NCBI GenBank assembly: GCA_902796855.1
Contig: CADBQN010000006.1
Span: 892 to 64,891 of the forward strand
Reading direction: 5' to 3'
DNA from: an uncultured Bacillota bacterium
GTDB taxonomy: Bacteria > Bacillota > Dehalobacteriia > UBA7702
Length of the DNA stretch: 64,000 nt
Shown: positions 38,442 through 48,130 of the stretch, one piece after another
Layout of the letters: each line of letters begins with the position of its first letter
Position numbering within the stretch: position 1 is the stretch's first letter
Notes under the pieces: generated by a model
Database searches by the model: none
Told to the model about the DNA's origin: nothing
What the model saw: only the letters and a program-made list of their open reading frames with translations
Program-made: the position numbers and the translations under genes

Positions 38442-40025
38442 TCACTCCAACTCCATCTTTGGTATTGACTCTTCTATAACTTTGACTTCGTGTTCATTCA
38501 ACCCATATTTTTCGTATAGTTTTTCATCCGTCCATCGAATAGAGAAGTCTTGAATTGGGACAAACTCATAAGCTTTTGGAGGCATGTCTTGTGTTGAGGT
38601 TTTTATAGCAACTAAAAACCTCAGAAATTTGGTTGATATATACGCCATTAAATTATCGGCTTCTTCTTTCGATAATCTTCTATCTGGCGGTAAAGCAACA
38701 ACATAAGTATTAGAACTACACGAATTCGGTGCACTAATTTTTGGCTTTCCAACTATGCTTCCACTTGGATTTCCTGAACGAGGAATTATTACTTTATATT
38801 TGTTAACTGCCTCTCTGTTCTTTGGGATGCTTTTTTCAGCGACATAACACATTCCGCCATGAATATACACTTTTACTTGTCTAGCGTTAGTAGGCTTTGA
38901 ACTCATAGCAATAAAGCTTTTCCCGTCCGCTGTCTGAATTAAACCGTCTTCTTTATTCCCGTTCCAGTCAACTTTTGTATGGAACCCGAAATATCTACCA
39001 GCATTTAGCCATTCAGATAATGAGGGTTCGTTAATCTTTTGAACCTTTTTCAAAACTGATATCTGGGCATCATTCCTTATAAAGGTTTCCATATCTTTTT
39101 CAAGCAATGGACGTTCAGTCATGCTGACATAATCTCCATCATGTGAAAAAACCTGACAAAGCCCTCTATTATCCCTATCCCATAGGAAATAACACACTCC
39201 ACCTTTTATCTCCACTCCAGGAAAGCAATCTGAGGCTGTAGGATAGTCGTGGATGACCCTTATTCTATCATCATGAAGCATGTCACTTCTAAATGAATCC
39301 AGCCCTCGTCCACCCATGAACCATCGAGCAGGGATAATCATGCAAAGATACTTTGGGGATAGTTTTTGCGCCTGTTGTACAAACTTTTGATATATCGGCA
39401 AAGCGCTTGCAGCATTACCTCCATCACTAAGATGATATGGAGGATTACTAATAATTACATCAAATTTCATATTAAATGCCTCCTGTGGCTTTAACATATG
39501 AATGAACTCATATGCATGAGTTTCCATAGTTTCGCCTCTATCCTCTTCTCCAAGAACAGTCTTATTGGAAATACCGCAATATATACAACGCCTATCTTTC
39601 CAATTATGTTGGATTTTTTTATACCTTATGTTTCCCTGAGCTGTGTCAAATCTCGTAACAGAGTATTCACTATTGGGGTACTTCGAACAGTAAATGCTTC
39701 TTCTAGATAGCAAGCTAGTCAACTCAGTAATAGCAATGCCATAGATCTGGTTTTGAAAGATATGGTCTATTCTTTCTTGCAAATCAGGGAATTGCCATTC
39801 TAATCCTTTTATCAAGCGTTTTGCTATCTCCCGAAGAAATACGCCACTTTTACAAGCAGGGTCAAGAAACTTCGTATCAGGATTTTCAAACAATTCCTGC
39901 GGGAGCATATCCAACATTGCATTGGCTATATCCGGCGGGGTAAAAACCTCATCATTTGAAAGATTCGCTAAACAAGTCAGAACATCAGGGTTATATATAT
40001 TTCCAAAAAGACCATTATCAGCCAT
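38442..40025 (-). CDS. Gamma-class N6-adenine DNA methyltransferase (Eco57I/TaqI-like) with C-terminal putative TRD
   Basis: Motif X 'DEVFTPPDIANAMLDML', motif I 'FLDPACKSGVFL', motif IV 'DVIISNPPYHLSD'. Confidence 0.8.
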   Translation of the reverse strand: MADNGLFGNIYNPDVLTCLANLSNDEVFTPPDIANAMLDMLPQELFENPDTKFLDPACKSGVFLREIAKRLIKGLEWQFPDLQERIDHIFQNQIYGIAITELTSLLSRRSIYCSKYPNSEYSVTRFDTAQGNIRYKKIQHNWKDRRCIYCGISNKTVLGEEDRGETMETHAYEFIHMLKPQEAFNMKFDVIISNPPYHLSDGGNAASALPIYQKFVQQAQKLSPKYLCMIIPARWFMGGRGLDSFRSDMLHDDRIRVIHDYPTASDCFPGVEIKGGVCYFLWDRDNRGLCQVFSHDGDYVSMTERPLLEKDMETFIRNDAQISVLKKVQKINEPSLSEWLNAGRYFGFHTKVDWNGNKEDGLIQTADGKSFIAMSSKPTNARQVKVYIHGGMCYVAEKSIPKNREAVNKYKVIIPRSGNPSGSIVGKPKISAPNSCSSNTYVVALPPDRRLSKEEADNLMAYISTKFLRFLVAIKTSTQDMPPKAYEFVPIQDFSIRWTDEKLYEKYGLNEHEVKVIEESIPKMELE

Positions 40026-40731
40026 TTTCTGTAATCCTCCTATAATGGATTAACGGATATTCGTTTACAGGTTTCGGAATAAGTTTCTTTGTAATGGGAT
40101 CAAATGTCCAATTATTATAATTCAGCGCAACATCGTCAAATAAATTTTGTTCTTCTGCGTAGTTACTCTTATTCGAATTTTCTTTCAAAAGAACATCCAA
40201 GCGGAAATCACGCCGTTTTATTCTCGCGTCGTTAAAAGGAAACGTCCATTCAGCGAAAATAATGGGGGTTTCTGTGTCCTGCTGGTTCTCATCAACACAC
40301 ATCAGGCTCAGGGCGTTTCCGCAAACGATATTCTTTTGCAGGATATACCGCGCGGCGGTTCTGGCCTCATCGTTGGCTTCCTTTTTGCAAACCGCCGTAT
40401 ATTCCGCGTCCCACAGGGCAAACAGATTTTCGCGGCATATTTCAGCGTTATCCGCTAAAATATCTACACCGTAAAGGCTCGTCAGCGCAAGAATGGCGTT
40501 TCGCTCATAATCATAGGCGCTTTTTTTGTATTTTGATTTTACCACCGCCAATTTACGGGAAAGAATCTCCGCAAGGAAAACGCCCTCGCCTACGGCAGGC
40601 TCTAAAAATCTTGAATCAATCCGCAGACATTCATCCGCTACCAAATCACACATGGCCTTTACTTCACGCTCAGCGGTAAATACTTCCCCGTGGTCAGATA
40701 TACGCTGTTTTGTTTTTACTTGCTTTGCCAA
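40018..40731 (-). CDS. N6-adenine MTase-like protein with motifs X and I but degenerate motif IV (NPPY -> GNAL); likely catalytically inactive paralog or partner
   Basis: 'HGEVFTAEREVKAMCDLV' (X), 'FLEPAVGEGVFL' (I), 'IVCGNALSL' in place of NPPY; 8-nt overlap with downstream MTase. Confidence 0.55.
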   Translation of the reverse strand: MAKQVKTKQRISDHGEVFTAEREVKAMCDLVADECLRIDSRFLEPAVGEGVFLAEILSRKLAVVKSKYKKSAYDYERNAILALTSLYGVDILADNAEICRENLFALWDAEYTAVCKKEANDEARTAARYILQKNIVCGNALSLMCVDENQQDTETPIIFAEWTFPFNDARIKRRDFRLDVLLKENSNKSNYAEEQNLFDDVALNYNNWTFDPITKKLIPKPVNEYPLIHYRRITENG

Positions 40732-40762
40732 AAGTATAAACCCCCATTTCGGTCAAAAAGGA

Positions 40763-41224
40763 TTATTTCATCACAACCGGAACCGTTTCCAGTCCGAGGC
40801 GTTTTGCCGCGCAGTATCGCAGGTATTCCCCTTCTAAAAGGTACTTTGAACCGTGACGCGAAACGACGAGCGGTTTTCCCAAATCGCCGTGGATTTTATA
40901 GTATGTCACCATCCGTTCAATCGCCGCTTCCGCCGGCTTTTCATAATTGGCGTTCACCCTTATGCTCTCAAGCGCGATAAACCATTTGCTGAATGACGCT
41001 TTTCTGTTTTTGACCGGTTTTCGCGTCTGAACAGGTTGAGACGTATCCTCTTTATAATAATCGCAGTGGCCCGCGCCATAGCAGCGGTCGGAATGTTTTA
41101 CGCAATAGGCGTTTTCTTTGCGATAAAAAATACATTTACTCCGGTGGCGGCGGTCGTCGTCTTCGCCCCGTGTGAATTTTTCCACATGCCACGGCGTACC
41201 GGTCAAACGATTCAGCCCGGTCAT
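40763..41224 (-). CDS. Zn-ribbon + ParB/Sulfiredoxin-like nuclease (ParBc) domain protein
   Basis: 'CIFYRKENAYCVKHSDRCYGAGHCDYY' Cys/His cluster; C-terminus 'LESIRVNANYEKP...LLEGEYLRYCAAKRLGLETVPVVM' matches ParB N-terminal domain; start ATG 41224 with AAAGAGGTG RBS. Confidence 0.6.
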   Translation of the reverse strand: MTGLNRLTGTPWHVEKFTRGEDDDRRHRSKCIFYRKENAYCVKHSDRCYGAGHCDYYKEDTSQPVQTRKPVKNRKASFSKWFIALESIRVNANYEKPAEAAIERMVTYYKIHGDLGKPLVVSRHGSKYLLEGEYLRYCAAKRLGLETVPVVMK

Positions 41225-41368
41225 CGCGAACACCTCTTTTCTCAAAAAACAAAACAATATAACAAAAAATATTCCAATTATATTAAATTCCACATATTTC
41301 CTCTTTTTCCTTCTTCCCCTCCCCTCACCCCTATTCTACCACCGTCCCGGTGACATTTTCGGGACATG

Positions 41369-41390
41369 AAAAAACCGCCGGAGCGGCGGT
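41369..41390 (-). terminator. Terminator of GNAT gene at right edge of island
   Basis: minus-strand RNA accgccgcuccggcggu followed by UUUUUUC. Confidence 0.5.
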
Positions 41391-41443
41391 CTTTGACGCG
41401 GGGCGGCGCGTTCCGTTGGGGGAAACCGCGCGGCCCGGGGCTT

Positions 41444-42157
41444 TTAAACGTTTTGATATGCGTAAATCAGTTTGTCATAGGTCTTTTCTCCGACGGTGAG
41501 GCCGTCCTTTTCGGTGCGGATATGGCGCATCCCGGCTTTTTCAAGGACTTTTCGGGAGGCCTCGTTCTCCGCGGCGCACCAGGCGGTGACCGTGGCAATG
41601 CCCTCGTTTTCCGTCAGGTATTCCAGCACTTTCTGCAGCGCCGCCGTCGCGTAACCGCGGCCCTGCCATGATCGTTTGACGCTGAAACCGACCTCGATTT
41701 GGTCGTCCGCGTAATCATAGGCGCCGATCGTCCCCATCAGGACGCCGTCCACGTCCATCGCCCAGCCGTAAAAGCGCTCGTCGTCGTAGCTTTTTATGAA
41801 CCGGCGCACGGTCTCTTTCGCCTTCTCCGGCGTGGCGTAGGGGTTCCAGCCGGAGTATCGCGACGCTTCGGGGTCTGTTCCAAAGCTTTGAAAGAGCGTC
41901 TCCGCGTCCTCGGGGGTGTATCTCCGCAGGGTCAGCCGCTCCGTCCGAAGCTCCGCCGTGCCGTGGACCTCGATTTCCTCCATGGCGGCGATCTGAGAAT
42001 TGTACAGGAGAAAATTCCCGATGATCACGCCGTCCTCGTCGCCGCCGTATTCATGCGTCAAAAACGCCTGGCTGCAGTGGGACGCGAAACCGATGAAGGT
42101 CTCGCCCCAAATGTCCGTTGCCCGGACGTGTTTTTGGTCGAATTTCGTGAGATCCAT
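41444..42157 (-). CDS. GNAT (RimJ/RimL-like) N-acetyltransferase with extra N-terminal ~60 aa (start uncertain; alternative ATG near 41992)
   Basis: 'ERLTLRRYTPEDAETLF' RimL-type N-terminus; 'QGRGYATAALQKVLEYL' acetyl-CoA site. Confidence 0.7.
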   Translation of the reverse strand: MDLTKFDQKHVRATDIWGETFIGFASHCSQAFLTHEYGGDEDGVIIGNFLLYNSQIAAMEEIEVHGTAELRTERLTLRRYTPEDAETLFQSFGTDPEASRYSGWNPYATPEKAKETVRRFIKSYDDERFYGWAMDVDGVLMGTIGAYDYADDQIEVGFSVKRSWQGRGYATAALQKVLEYLTENEGIATVTAWCAAENEASRKVLEKAGMRHIRTEKDGLTVGEKTYDKLIYAYQNV

Positions 42158-42257
42158 TTTTCACTCCTTTTTCATAAAACGGCGCGCCGCGCCATAAAAC
42201 GCCTTTGCTTTCACACTGCCATTATACACGAAACAGCGGGAGAAACCAAGCGCAAAT

Positions 42258-42282
42258 CAAAACCACCGGCCGAACCGGTGGT
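42258..42282. terminator. Terminator hairpin AAACCACCGGCcgaaCCGGTGGTTT (copy 2 of repeated element)
   Basis: Near-identical to hairpin at 31198-31232. Confidence 0.55.
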
Positions 42283-42288
42283 TTGATT

Positions 42289-45200
42289 TCACTTGATGAG
42301 GTTTTCCAGCGTCTCAAAGAGGAGCTCCGGTTCCACGGGCTTGCTCAGGTGCGCGTCGAGGCCCGCCTGCATGCTCCGCTGAACGTCCTCGTCAAAGGCG
42401 TTGGCGGTCAGGGCGATGATCGGGACGGTCTTCGCGTCGGCGCGGTCCATTTCCCGGATCGTCCGCGTCGCCTCGAGGCCGTCCATTTCCGGCATTCGCA
42501 TATCCATGAGGATGGCGTCGTAGTAGCCTTCCTCGTGTCCGCCGAACATCTCCACGGCGACTCTGCCGTTTTCGGCGTGCTCCACTTCCATCTCCCGCAT
42601 GGAAAGGACCATCATCATGATCTCGGCGTTGACCATGACGTCTTCCGCCAGCAGGACGCGGCGGCCCTTGAGATCGACGGTCTCCTCCACCAGCTTCGCG
42701 TTTTTCTTTTTAAAGGCCTCGCGGAACTCATCCATCACCGTCCCGGCGAAGAGGGGTTTTGCAACAAAAGTATCCACGCCGGCCTTACGGGCCTCTTCTT
42801 CAACCTCATCCCAGTTGTAGGAAGTCAGAATGATAATTGGCGTATGATTCCCAACGATAGCACGGATCTGCCTTGTCGTCTCCACACCATCCATTTCCGG
42901 CATCTTCCAGTCCACGAGAATCAAGTTGTAATCCTTCCGGCGGGTATGACGCATTTTGACCATTTCAATGGCGTCCTTGCCGGACAACACCATCTCACAA
43001 CTGATCCCAACCTGCTCAAGAATGATCTGGGCGTGTTCGCAGGCGATGCGGTCGTCGTCGACGACCAGCACGCTCATTTCGTGGGGGCGAATCTCAATGT
43101 CATCGTTGTCAGAAGCAATGTGACTCGACTGCCCCAGTGTAATGGTGACGGTAAACGTGGTTCCAACACCTTTTTCACTTTCCGCTTCAATATGGCCGTT
43201 CATCAGTTCTACAATATTTTTTGTGATGGGCATGCCCAGACCGGTGCTGCCATATTTATTGGTCGTAGACGAAGCCTCCTGTGAAAACACTTCGAACAGC
43301 TTAGGCAGATATTCCTTGCTCATGCCGATACCGGTATCGCTGATAGTACAGCGCAGCGTAGCATTGCCGTCCATCCTTGCCACATCTTTAATGATAAAGG
43401 TCACGGTACCATCTTCGGGTGTAAACTTGACAGCATTGCCCAGAATATTGATCATCACCTGGCGCAGTTTCATGTCGTCGCCGATATAATATTCGTCAAT
43501 CTGTCCCTCTGTCCGGCACTCGTAATGAATCCCTTTATCCCGGCACTGTCCGCTGATGATGGTGTTGACCTGTTCCAGCGTCTTGGAGAAGGAAAATTCC
43601 TCGTTCTTGATGGTCATCCGCCCGGACTCGATGCGGCTCATATCGAGGATGTCGTTGATGATGCCAAGCAGATGATGGGCCGAGGTGCCGATCTTTTCCA
43701 GATATTCCCGGGTCTGGGCGGAAATTTCCGGGTCGCTCAGCGCGATATTGTCCAGACCGATGATGGCGTTCATCGGCGTGCGGATCTCGTGGCTCATGTT
43801 GGAGAGAAAAGCGGTTTTCGCTTTGTTAGCCGCTTCCGCCTCTGCCAGTGCGTCCTGCAGTACCTGACTCTGCGTCATGGACTTGCGCGTTTCCAAATCC
43901 ACGTCTACGAAGCAGGCGCCAACGATATGCACCAGATGATCTATGCGGTCTTCCGGACGGCGCACCCCGGCGAAACGCACTTCCTCCCATGAATCCCGTC
44001 CATGCCGATGCACCATGTACCGATAGGCGATAACCCGTTGCTCCAGCAACAGGGCTTTTACGTTTTCCGGCTGAATGAAGCGCAGGAATTCCTCACGGTA
44101 TTCTTCCTTAATATTCGTGTTCGCATAGGCGGTCACGGCGGTAATATACCGGAAATGATCCCCAACACGGAAGCCGTTCTCAACGTCGCTGTGCGCCTGA
44201 TAGCACACTCCCTCGTCGTGATCCAGATCCAGATAATAGACGCTCCAATAGTCGGAAGCCAGCGCCGTAATCATGCGGGTCTGTTCTTCCTGCTGTTGCT
44301 TCTGCGCGAGCAGTTCTTCTTGTAACTGAATACGCTGTTCCATTTCTTCCCGCTTGATGCGGTTCTCGGCCTCGGCAGTTTCCCTTTCCAGTATAAGCTT
44401 CGAGTTTCTGCGGCTTTGCCGAACGATAAAAGTAAACAGCCCTAACATAACAGCGATGGTCAGCACCGACTGAATAACGCTCCTCCGAACGATACCAGCG
44501 GAAATGGTGCTGATGTTCTCACTGATCACGCTTTCCCGGATCAGATAGGTCAGACGCCAGTCCGTGCCTTTCACAGGAACATAGCTCAGCGTTTCCCGAA
44601 TACCATTGTAGGTGAAGCAGACCTCGCCGTTTTTTCCCGCGGTAAAATCCGACACAAATCCTTCATAGGAATAGCCCGGCTCAAATTCGGCGCTGCGCAT
44701 GGCTTCGAGCAGATTATCTTCCACGGCAAGACCGCCCAAGACCGTGTTGCTCAGGGCGATGCCGTTGCTGGTATAGATATTGCAGAAGGTCGCACCGTCT
44801 TCTTGGGCGTCCATGGAAACACCGGCAAGCATTTCATCCATGTCGATCTGCATGAAGCAGGCAACCAGTTCCGTATCGGCAAACTGAATGTGAGTGGGAA
44901 CGGCAATGATGACTTTTTTATCGGCACTCTCTAAATTCTCTACCAAAATTTCCGGTCCCTGCAGCATATGATAATCAAATTGGTACTGATTGATCTCTTC
45001 CTGCGGCCCGGTGGAGGTGTAAATCAAATCGTCGGCACCGACAAAAGCAAACCGCTCCAGATTAAAAAGTCGCTTGATCCGTACTTGATACGCCTGGAGA
45101 TGTGCGTTATCGCTCAGATCTTCTTCCGTCATCAGGTCCAAAGCCGTTTCGATGACATTGACTTTTTCCCGCATATTCCCCGCTACGACCTGCTCACGGC

Positions 45201-45366
45201 GACCCGCGAGCTCATCCAGATAGAGCAGGCTGACCGAACGAACGGCGGATTCAGTATCGCTTTTCGCACTGCGCCCCGTCCATATTGTACCAAGAAATAT
45301 GATAAGTAAAAGAATAAGACCCCCTATAATCGAGACAAGCGTTATCCTTTTTTTTCGATTTTCCAT
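42289..45366 (-). CDS. Hybrid sensor histidine kinase/response regulator (extracytoplasmic Cache-like sensor, HisKA, HATPase_c, two REC domains)
   Basis: '[18 protein letters not shown]' H-box; N/G1/G2 boxes; REC1 '[12 protein letters not shown]...[13 protein letters not shown]'; REC2 '[10 protein letters not shown]...[12 protein letters not shown]'; start ATG 45366. Confidence 0.85.
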   Translation of the reverse strand: MENRKKRITLVSIIGGLILLLIIFLGTIWTGRSAKSDTESAVRSVSLLYLDELAGRREQVVAGNMREKVNVIETALDLMTEEDLSDNAHLQAYQVRIKRLFNLERFAFVGADDLIYTSTGPQEEINQYQFDYHMLQGPEILVENLESADKKVIIAVPTHIQFADTELVACFMQIDMDEMLAGVSMDAQEDGATFCNIYTSNGIALSNTVLGGLAVEDNLLEAMRSAEFEPGYSYEGFVSDFTAGKNGEVCFTYNGIRETLSYVPVKGTDWRLTYLIRESVISENISTISAGIVRRSVIQSVLTIAVMLGLFTFIVRQSRRNSKLILERETAEAENRIKREEMEQRIQLQEELLAQKQQQEEQTRMITALASDYWSVYYLDLDHDEGVCYQAHSDVENGFRVGDHFRYITAVTAYANTNIKEEYREEFLRFIQPENVKALLLEQRVIAYRYMVHRHGRDSWEEVRFAGVRRPEDRIDHLVHIVGACFVDVDLETRKSMTQSQVLQDALAEAEAANKAKTAFLSNMSHEIRTPMNAIIGLDNIALSDPEISAQTREYLEKIGTSAHHLLGIINDILDMSRIESGRMTIKNEEFSFSKTLEQVNTIISGQCRDKGIHYECRTEGQIDEYYIGDDMKLRQVMINILGNAVKFTPEDGTVTFIIKDVARMDGNATLRCTISDTGIGMSKEYLPKLFEVFSQEASSTTNKYGSTGLGMPITKNIVELMNGHIEAESEKGVGTTFTVTITLGQSSHIASDNDDIEIRPHEMSVLVVDDDRIACEHAQIILEQVGISCEMVLSGKDAIEMVKMRHTRRKDYNLILVDWKMPEMDGVETTRQIRAIVGNHTPIIILTSYNWDEVEEEARKAGVDTFVAKPLFAGTVMDEFREAFKKKNAKLVEETVDLKGRRVLLAEDVMVNAEIMMMVLSMREMEVEHAENGRVAVEMFGGHEEGYYDAILMDMRMPEMDGLEATRTIREMDRADAKTVPIIALTANAFDEDVQRSMQAGLDAHLSKPVEPELLFETLENLIK

Positions 45367-45662
45367 TCGACAACACCCCTTTGACCCGATTCGCCGCGCG
45401 GACTCTTCTGCACCGCGGTTCGTTTCTGAAAATGAATTATGTTTTTTTATTCTTTGTTTTCGGTGTCCGCGCCATTCGCGCGAAACGTTCAAAGAACGGT
45501 ATCTGACCGTACACACATATTATACACAAAGGCGCAGGAAAATCCAATAGAAATTTGGAAAAAAAGGACAAAAGCCCATAAAAAAGCTCCCCCTTTCGGG
45601 GAAGCCTTTCCGCGGCTCCGCCGCTGACCGGGAAACCGAGGACCGGCGGACGGCGCCGCCGA

Positions 45663-46544
45663 TCAAAAGGCCCGGGTGATCATCTCACGATAGCGCCGCA
45701 GCTCCGTTTCGTCGCTTTCCTCCGTGAGCTTTTTAATAGAGGCAAGCAGTTCCTCTTTGGCCTCGGGAATCCTGCACTTCACATGGAACAGGTTGGAAGC
45801 GTGTTCGTTCATGAAGATCGTGTCGTTGGTCAGACAGCGCACAAACTCATGGAGCTCCTCCAGCTTTTCCTTTTCGGTCGATTCCGTATACAGCCCTTTT
45901 TCCACCGCCCGATACAGCGGCGTCCCGGGTACGACCGTCAGCATGGAAGTATTGATCATCGTGGGATGCAGGCCTTCGTAGAGCGTTGCCGTAAGGCGGG
46001 CGTTGGCGGGGCCGCCGCCATGGCCGCCGGCGCCGTTCAGGAAATTGACGATAAACGGAAGCCCGGAGGCCTCGATCTTTTCCAGGACTTCTCTGGCTTG
46101 GGAAGCGGTATAGCCCTTGTTGATCCGCTTTAACACCGTATCGTCTCCGGACTCTACGCCGATATAGGGATCGGCGTAGCCCACCGCCGCCAAGTTCCGA
46201 AGCTGATCTTCCGTTTTATCATAAAAGTTATCAATACGGGCGTAACCGCCGATGCTCTCCACGGAGGGGACATATTTGCGCAGCAGCTCCGCCGTTTTCA
46301 TCAACACATCGTAATCCGCCGCGAAACCGTCCGCGCCCTGCAGAAAAATCCTCTTCGGCGCGCCGAAATATTCGGGAATTTCCCTGATGTCCGCCTCGAT
46401 TTCCGCCAGCGTTGATTTTTTAAACTTCTGATTTTTAAAGTAGGTGCAGAACAGGCAATGGTTATGGGAACATCCCTCTGTCGTCTGTAAATACCCGTCC
46501 GCCGTCTCATAGTGCGGCCGGTTGATCCCTCCCGCGAAACGCAT
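45663..46544 (-). CDS. Radical SAM protein with non-canonical Cx4Cx2C cluster (paralog A, 293 aa)
   Basis: 'TTEGCSHNHCLFCTYF'; 'GVESGDD' glycine-rich SAM motif; no SPASM or B12 domain. Confidence 0.7.
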   Translation of the reverse strand: MRFAGGINRPHYETADGYLQTTEGCSHNHCLFCTYFKNQKFKKSTLAEIEADIREIPEYFGAPKRIFLQGADGFAADYDVLMKTAELLRKYVPSVESIGGYARIDNFYDKTEDQLRNLAAVGYADPYIGVESGDDTVLKRINKGYTASQAREVLEKIEASGLPFIVNFLNGAGGHGGGPANARLTATLYEGLHPTMINTSMLTVVPGTPLYRAVEKGLYTESTEKEKLEELHEFVRCLTNDTIFMNEHASNLFHVKCRIPEAKEELLASIKKLTEESDETELRRYREMITRAF

Positions 46545-46562
46545 CGTGCCATTCCTCCTTTT

Positions 46563-47444
46563 TTACAGCGTCCGCTTGCTTTCGCGGACGGCGGCCATTT
46601 TCGCCATATCGCCGTGTTTGATCTCGTCTTCCAGCACGGCGACGATCTTTTCCTTCCGCCGCAGAAAGTCCGGGCCGGTCAGGTTCGCTCCGGAAACGGT
46701 GTGATGGGTGATAAAGGAGCAGTCGCAGGTCAGGTGCTCCACAAAGGTCTTCAGCTCGATCAGCATCTCCCGCTCGGAAAGGGGCGTAAACGCGCCGCGG
46801 CGCGCGTCCTCCAAAAGAGGCGTACCGGGGAAGAGCACCAGGCCGCCGGTGCCCACCAGCATCGGCCGGCATCGGCTGAAGATCTCCGCCGAGTGGACGG
46901 CGTGCTCCCGGCTGTGTTCCTTCCCGGCGACGCCGTTGAGGAAAGTCATCCAAAAGTCGATGCCCGCTTCGGTCAGCTTGGCGCACTGCTCGATGATGTC
47001 CGCGGCGCGGTAGCCTTTGCCGATCCGCTCCAGCGTCCAATCGTCGCCGCTCTCCACGCCGAGGGAGATTTCCCGCAGCCCCATTTCTTTCAGGTTTTTC
47101 AGCTCCGCGACGGTCTTATTGCGGATATCAGTCACCCGGGTCGCCGCGTAGATGTATTCCATCCGCGGCAGATATCGGTTGATCATTTCCAAAATCGGCG
47201 CCAGTCTGTTATAGCTCAGGCAGAGCGGGTTCGCGGAGAGGAGCTGGATGGTCTTTGCCTCCGGCACGGTCTCGGCCAGCTCCTTTAAGTCCTCCTCGAT
47301 CCACTCTTTGGGCTGGGGACGAAAAGGCACGTCCTTATACATCGTGCAGAAGCGGCACTTGTTGTGCGTGCAGCCCTGGGTGATCTGCAAAAGCGGAAAG
47401 GTGGGCCAGTAGGGGTTTCGGTATACGGTATCGGTAAAATGCAT
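46563..47444 (-). CDS. Radical SAM protein with Cx4Cx2C cluster (paralog B, 293 aa)
   Basis: 'ITQGCTHNKCRFCTMY'; 'LGVESGDD'; start ATG 47444 with AAGGAG RBS (track GTG start 47480 rejected). Confidence 0.7.
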   Translation of the reverse strand: MHFTDTVYRNPYWPTFPLLQITQGCTHNKCRFCTMYKDVPFRPQPKEWIEEDLKELAETVPEAKTIQLLSANPLCLSYNRLAPILEMINRYLPRMEYIYAATRVTDIRNKTVAELKNLKEMGLREISLGVESGDDWTLERIGKGYRAADIIEQCAKLTEAGIDFWMTFLNGVAGKEHSREHAVHSAEIFSRCRPMLVGTGGLVLFPGTPLLEDARRGAFTPLSEREMLIELKTFVEHLTCDCSFITHHTVSGANLTGPDFLRRKEKIVAVLEDEIKHGDMAKMAAVRESKRTL

Positions 47445-47476
47445 GGTAACACTCCTTTGCTCAGGTTCCTCGCCGC

Positions 47477-48001
47477 TCACAGCTCGAAGACAAATTCCTC
47501 GATGGGTTTTCGCTTATAGTGCCAGCCGTTGGCCCTGGCCCGGTCGTTCGGATAGCCGAGGCCCAGCATCATGACGGGGATCATATAGTCCGGCAGGCCG
47601 AAAACGTCCGATACGGTCTTGGAATCGAAACCGCGGATCCAGATCGTGTGCACGCCGAGTTCCTCCGCCTCGTACATCATCGTCGTCGCGGCGATGGAGG
47701 CGTCCTGCTCGCCGGAATTGTAGTTTTGGTAATAACGGTCGCCGGGGTTCGTCCACACCTCCCTCAGATCGTAGCAAACGAGGATGATCAGCGGCGCGTT
47801 ATAGTGAAAGCGGGTGACGGTCTTCAGTTTGGCCATGGCCTCCTCCCCGCGGATCAGAAAGAATTTCTGCGGCTGATAGTTGCAGGCGGTGGGGACGACG
47901 CGCCCCGCCTCCAGAATGCGGTCCAGTTTTTCCGGTTCCACCGGGCGTCTGTCAAAGAAACGCTCGGAATAGCGGTTCTTCGCGAGTTCCAAAAAATCCA
48001 T
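47477..48001 (-). CDS. Nitroreductase-family FMN oxidoreductase
   Basis: 174 aa; 'RYSERFFDRRPV', 'PTACNYQPQKFFLI', 'GVHTIWIRGFD' nitroreductase blocks. Confidence 0.8.
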   Translation of the reverse strand: MDFLELAKNRYSERFFDRRPVEPEKLDRILEAGRVVPTACNYQPQKFFLIRGEEAMAKLKTVTRFHYNAPLIILVCYDLREVWTNPGDRYYQNYNSGEQDASIAATTMMYEAEELGVHTIWIRGFDSKTVSDVFGLPDYMIPVMMLGLGYPNDRARANGWHYKRKPIEEFVFEL

Positions 48002-48050
48002 TTCGTTTTCTCCTTTCGTCCTGAATTGATTCCATTATACCTTCCCCCCT

Positions 48051-48078
48051 TGCAAAAGCAAAGATACAGAAGTATAAT
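48051..48078 (+). promoter_or_regulatory. Sigma-A promoter (TTGCAA-16-TATAAT) for divergent TetR gene
   Basis: cttgcaaaagcaaagatacagaagtataat. Confidence 0.5.
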
Positions 48079-48130
48079 AATGGAAGAAATTTTTACAGAT
48101 TCACTGTTGTGTAAGAATCGGGAGGATGAA

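Noticed and set aside
41225-41293. N-terminal extension (MEFNIIGIFFVILFCFLRKEVFA) of ParB-like protein
   Set aside because: GTG start and a hydrophobic translation of AT-rich promoter DNA. The internal ATG 41224 has a good RBS (AAAGAGGTG).
47519-48130. 378-aa plus-strand ORF merging into TetR
   Set aside because: Its first ~200 codons are antisense to the nitroreductase gene. The TetR HTH begins after ATG 48131, which has a strong RBS and an upstream consensus promoter.
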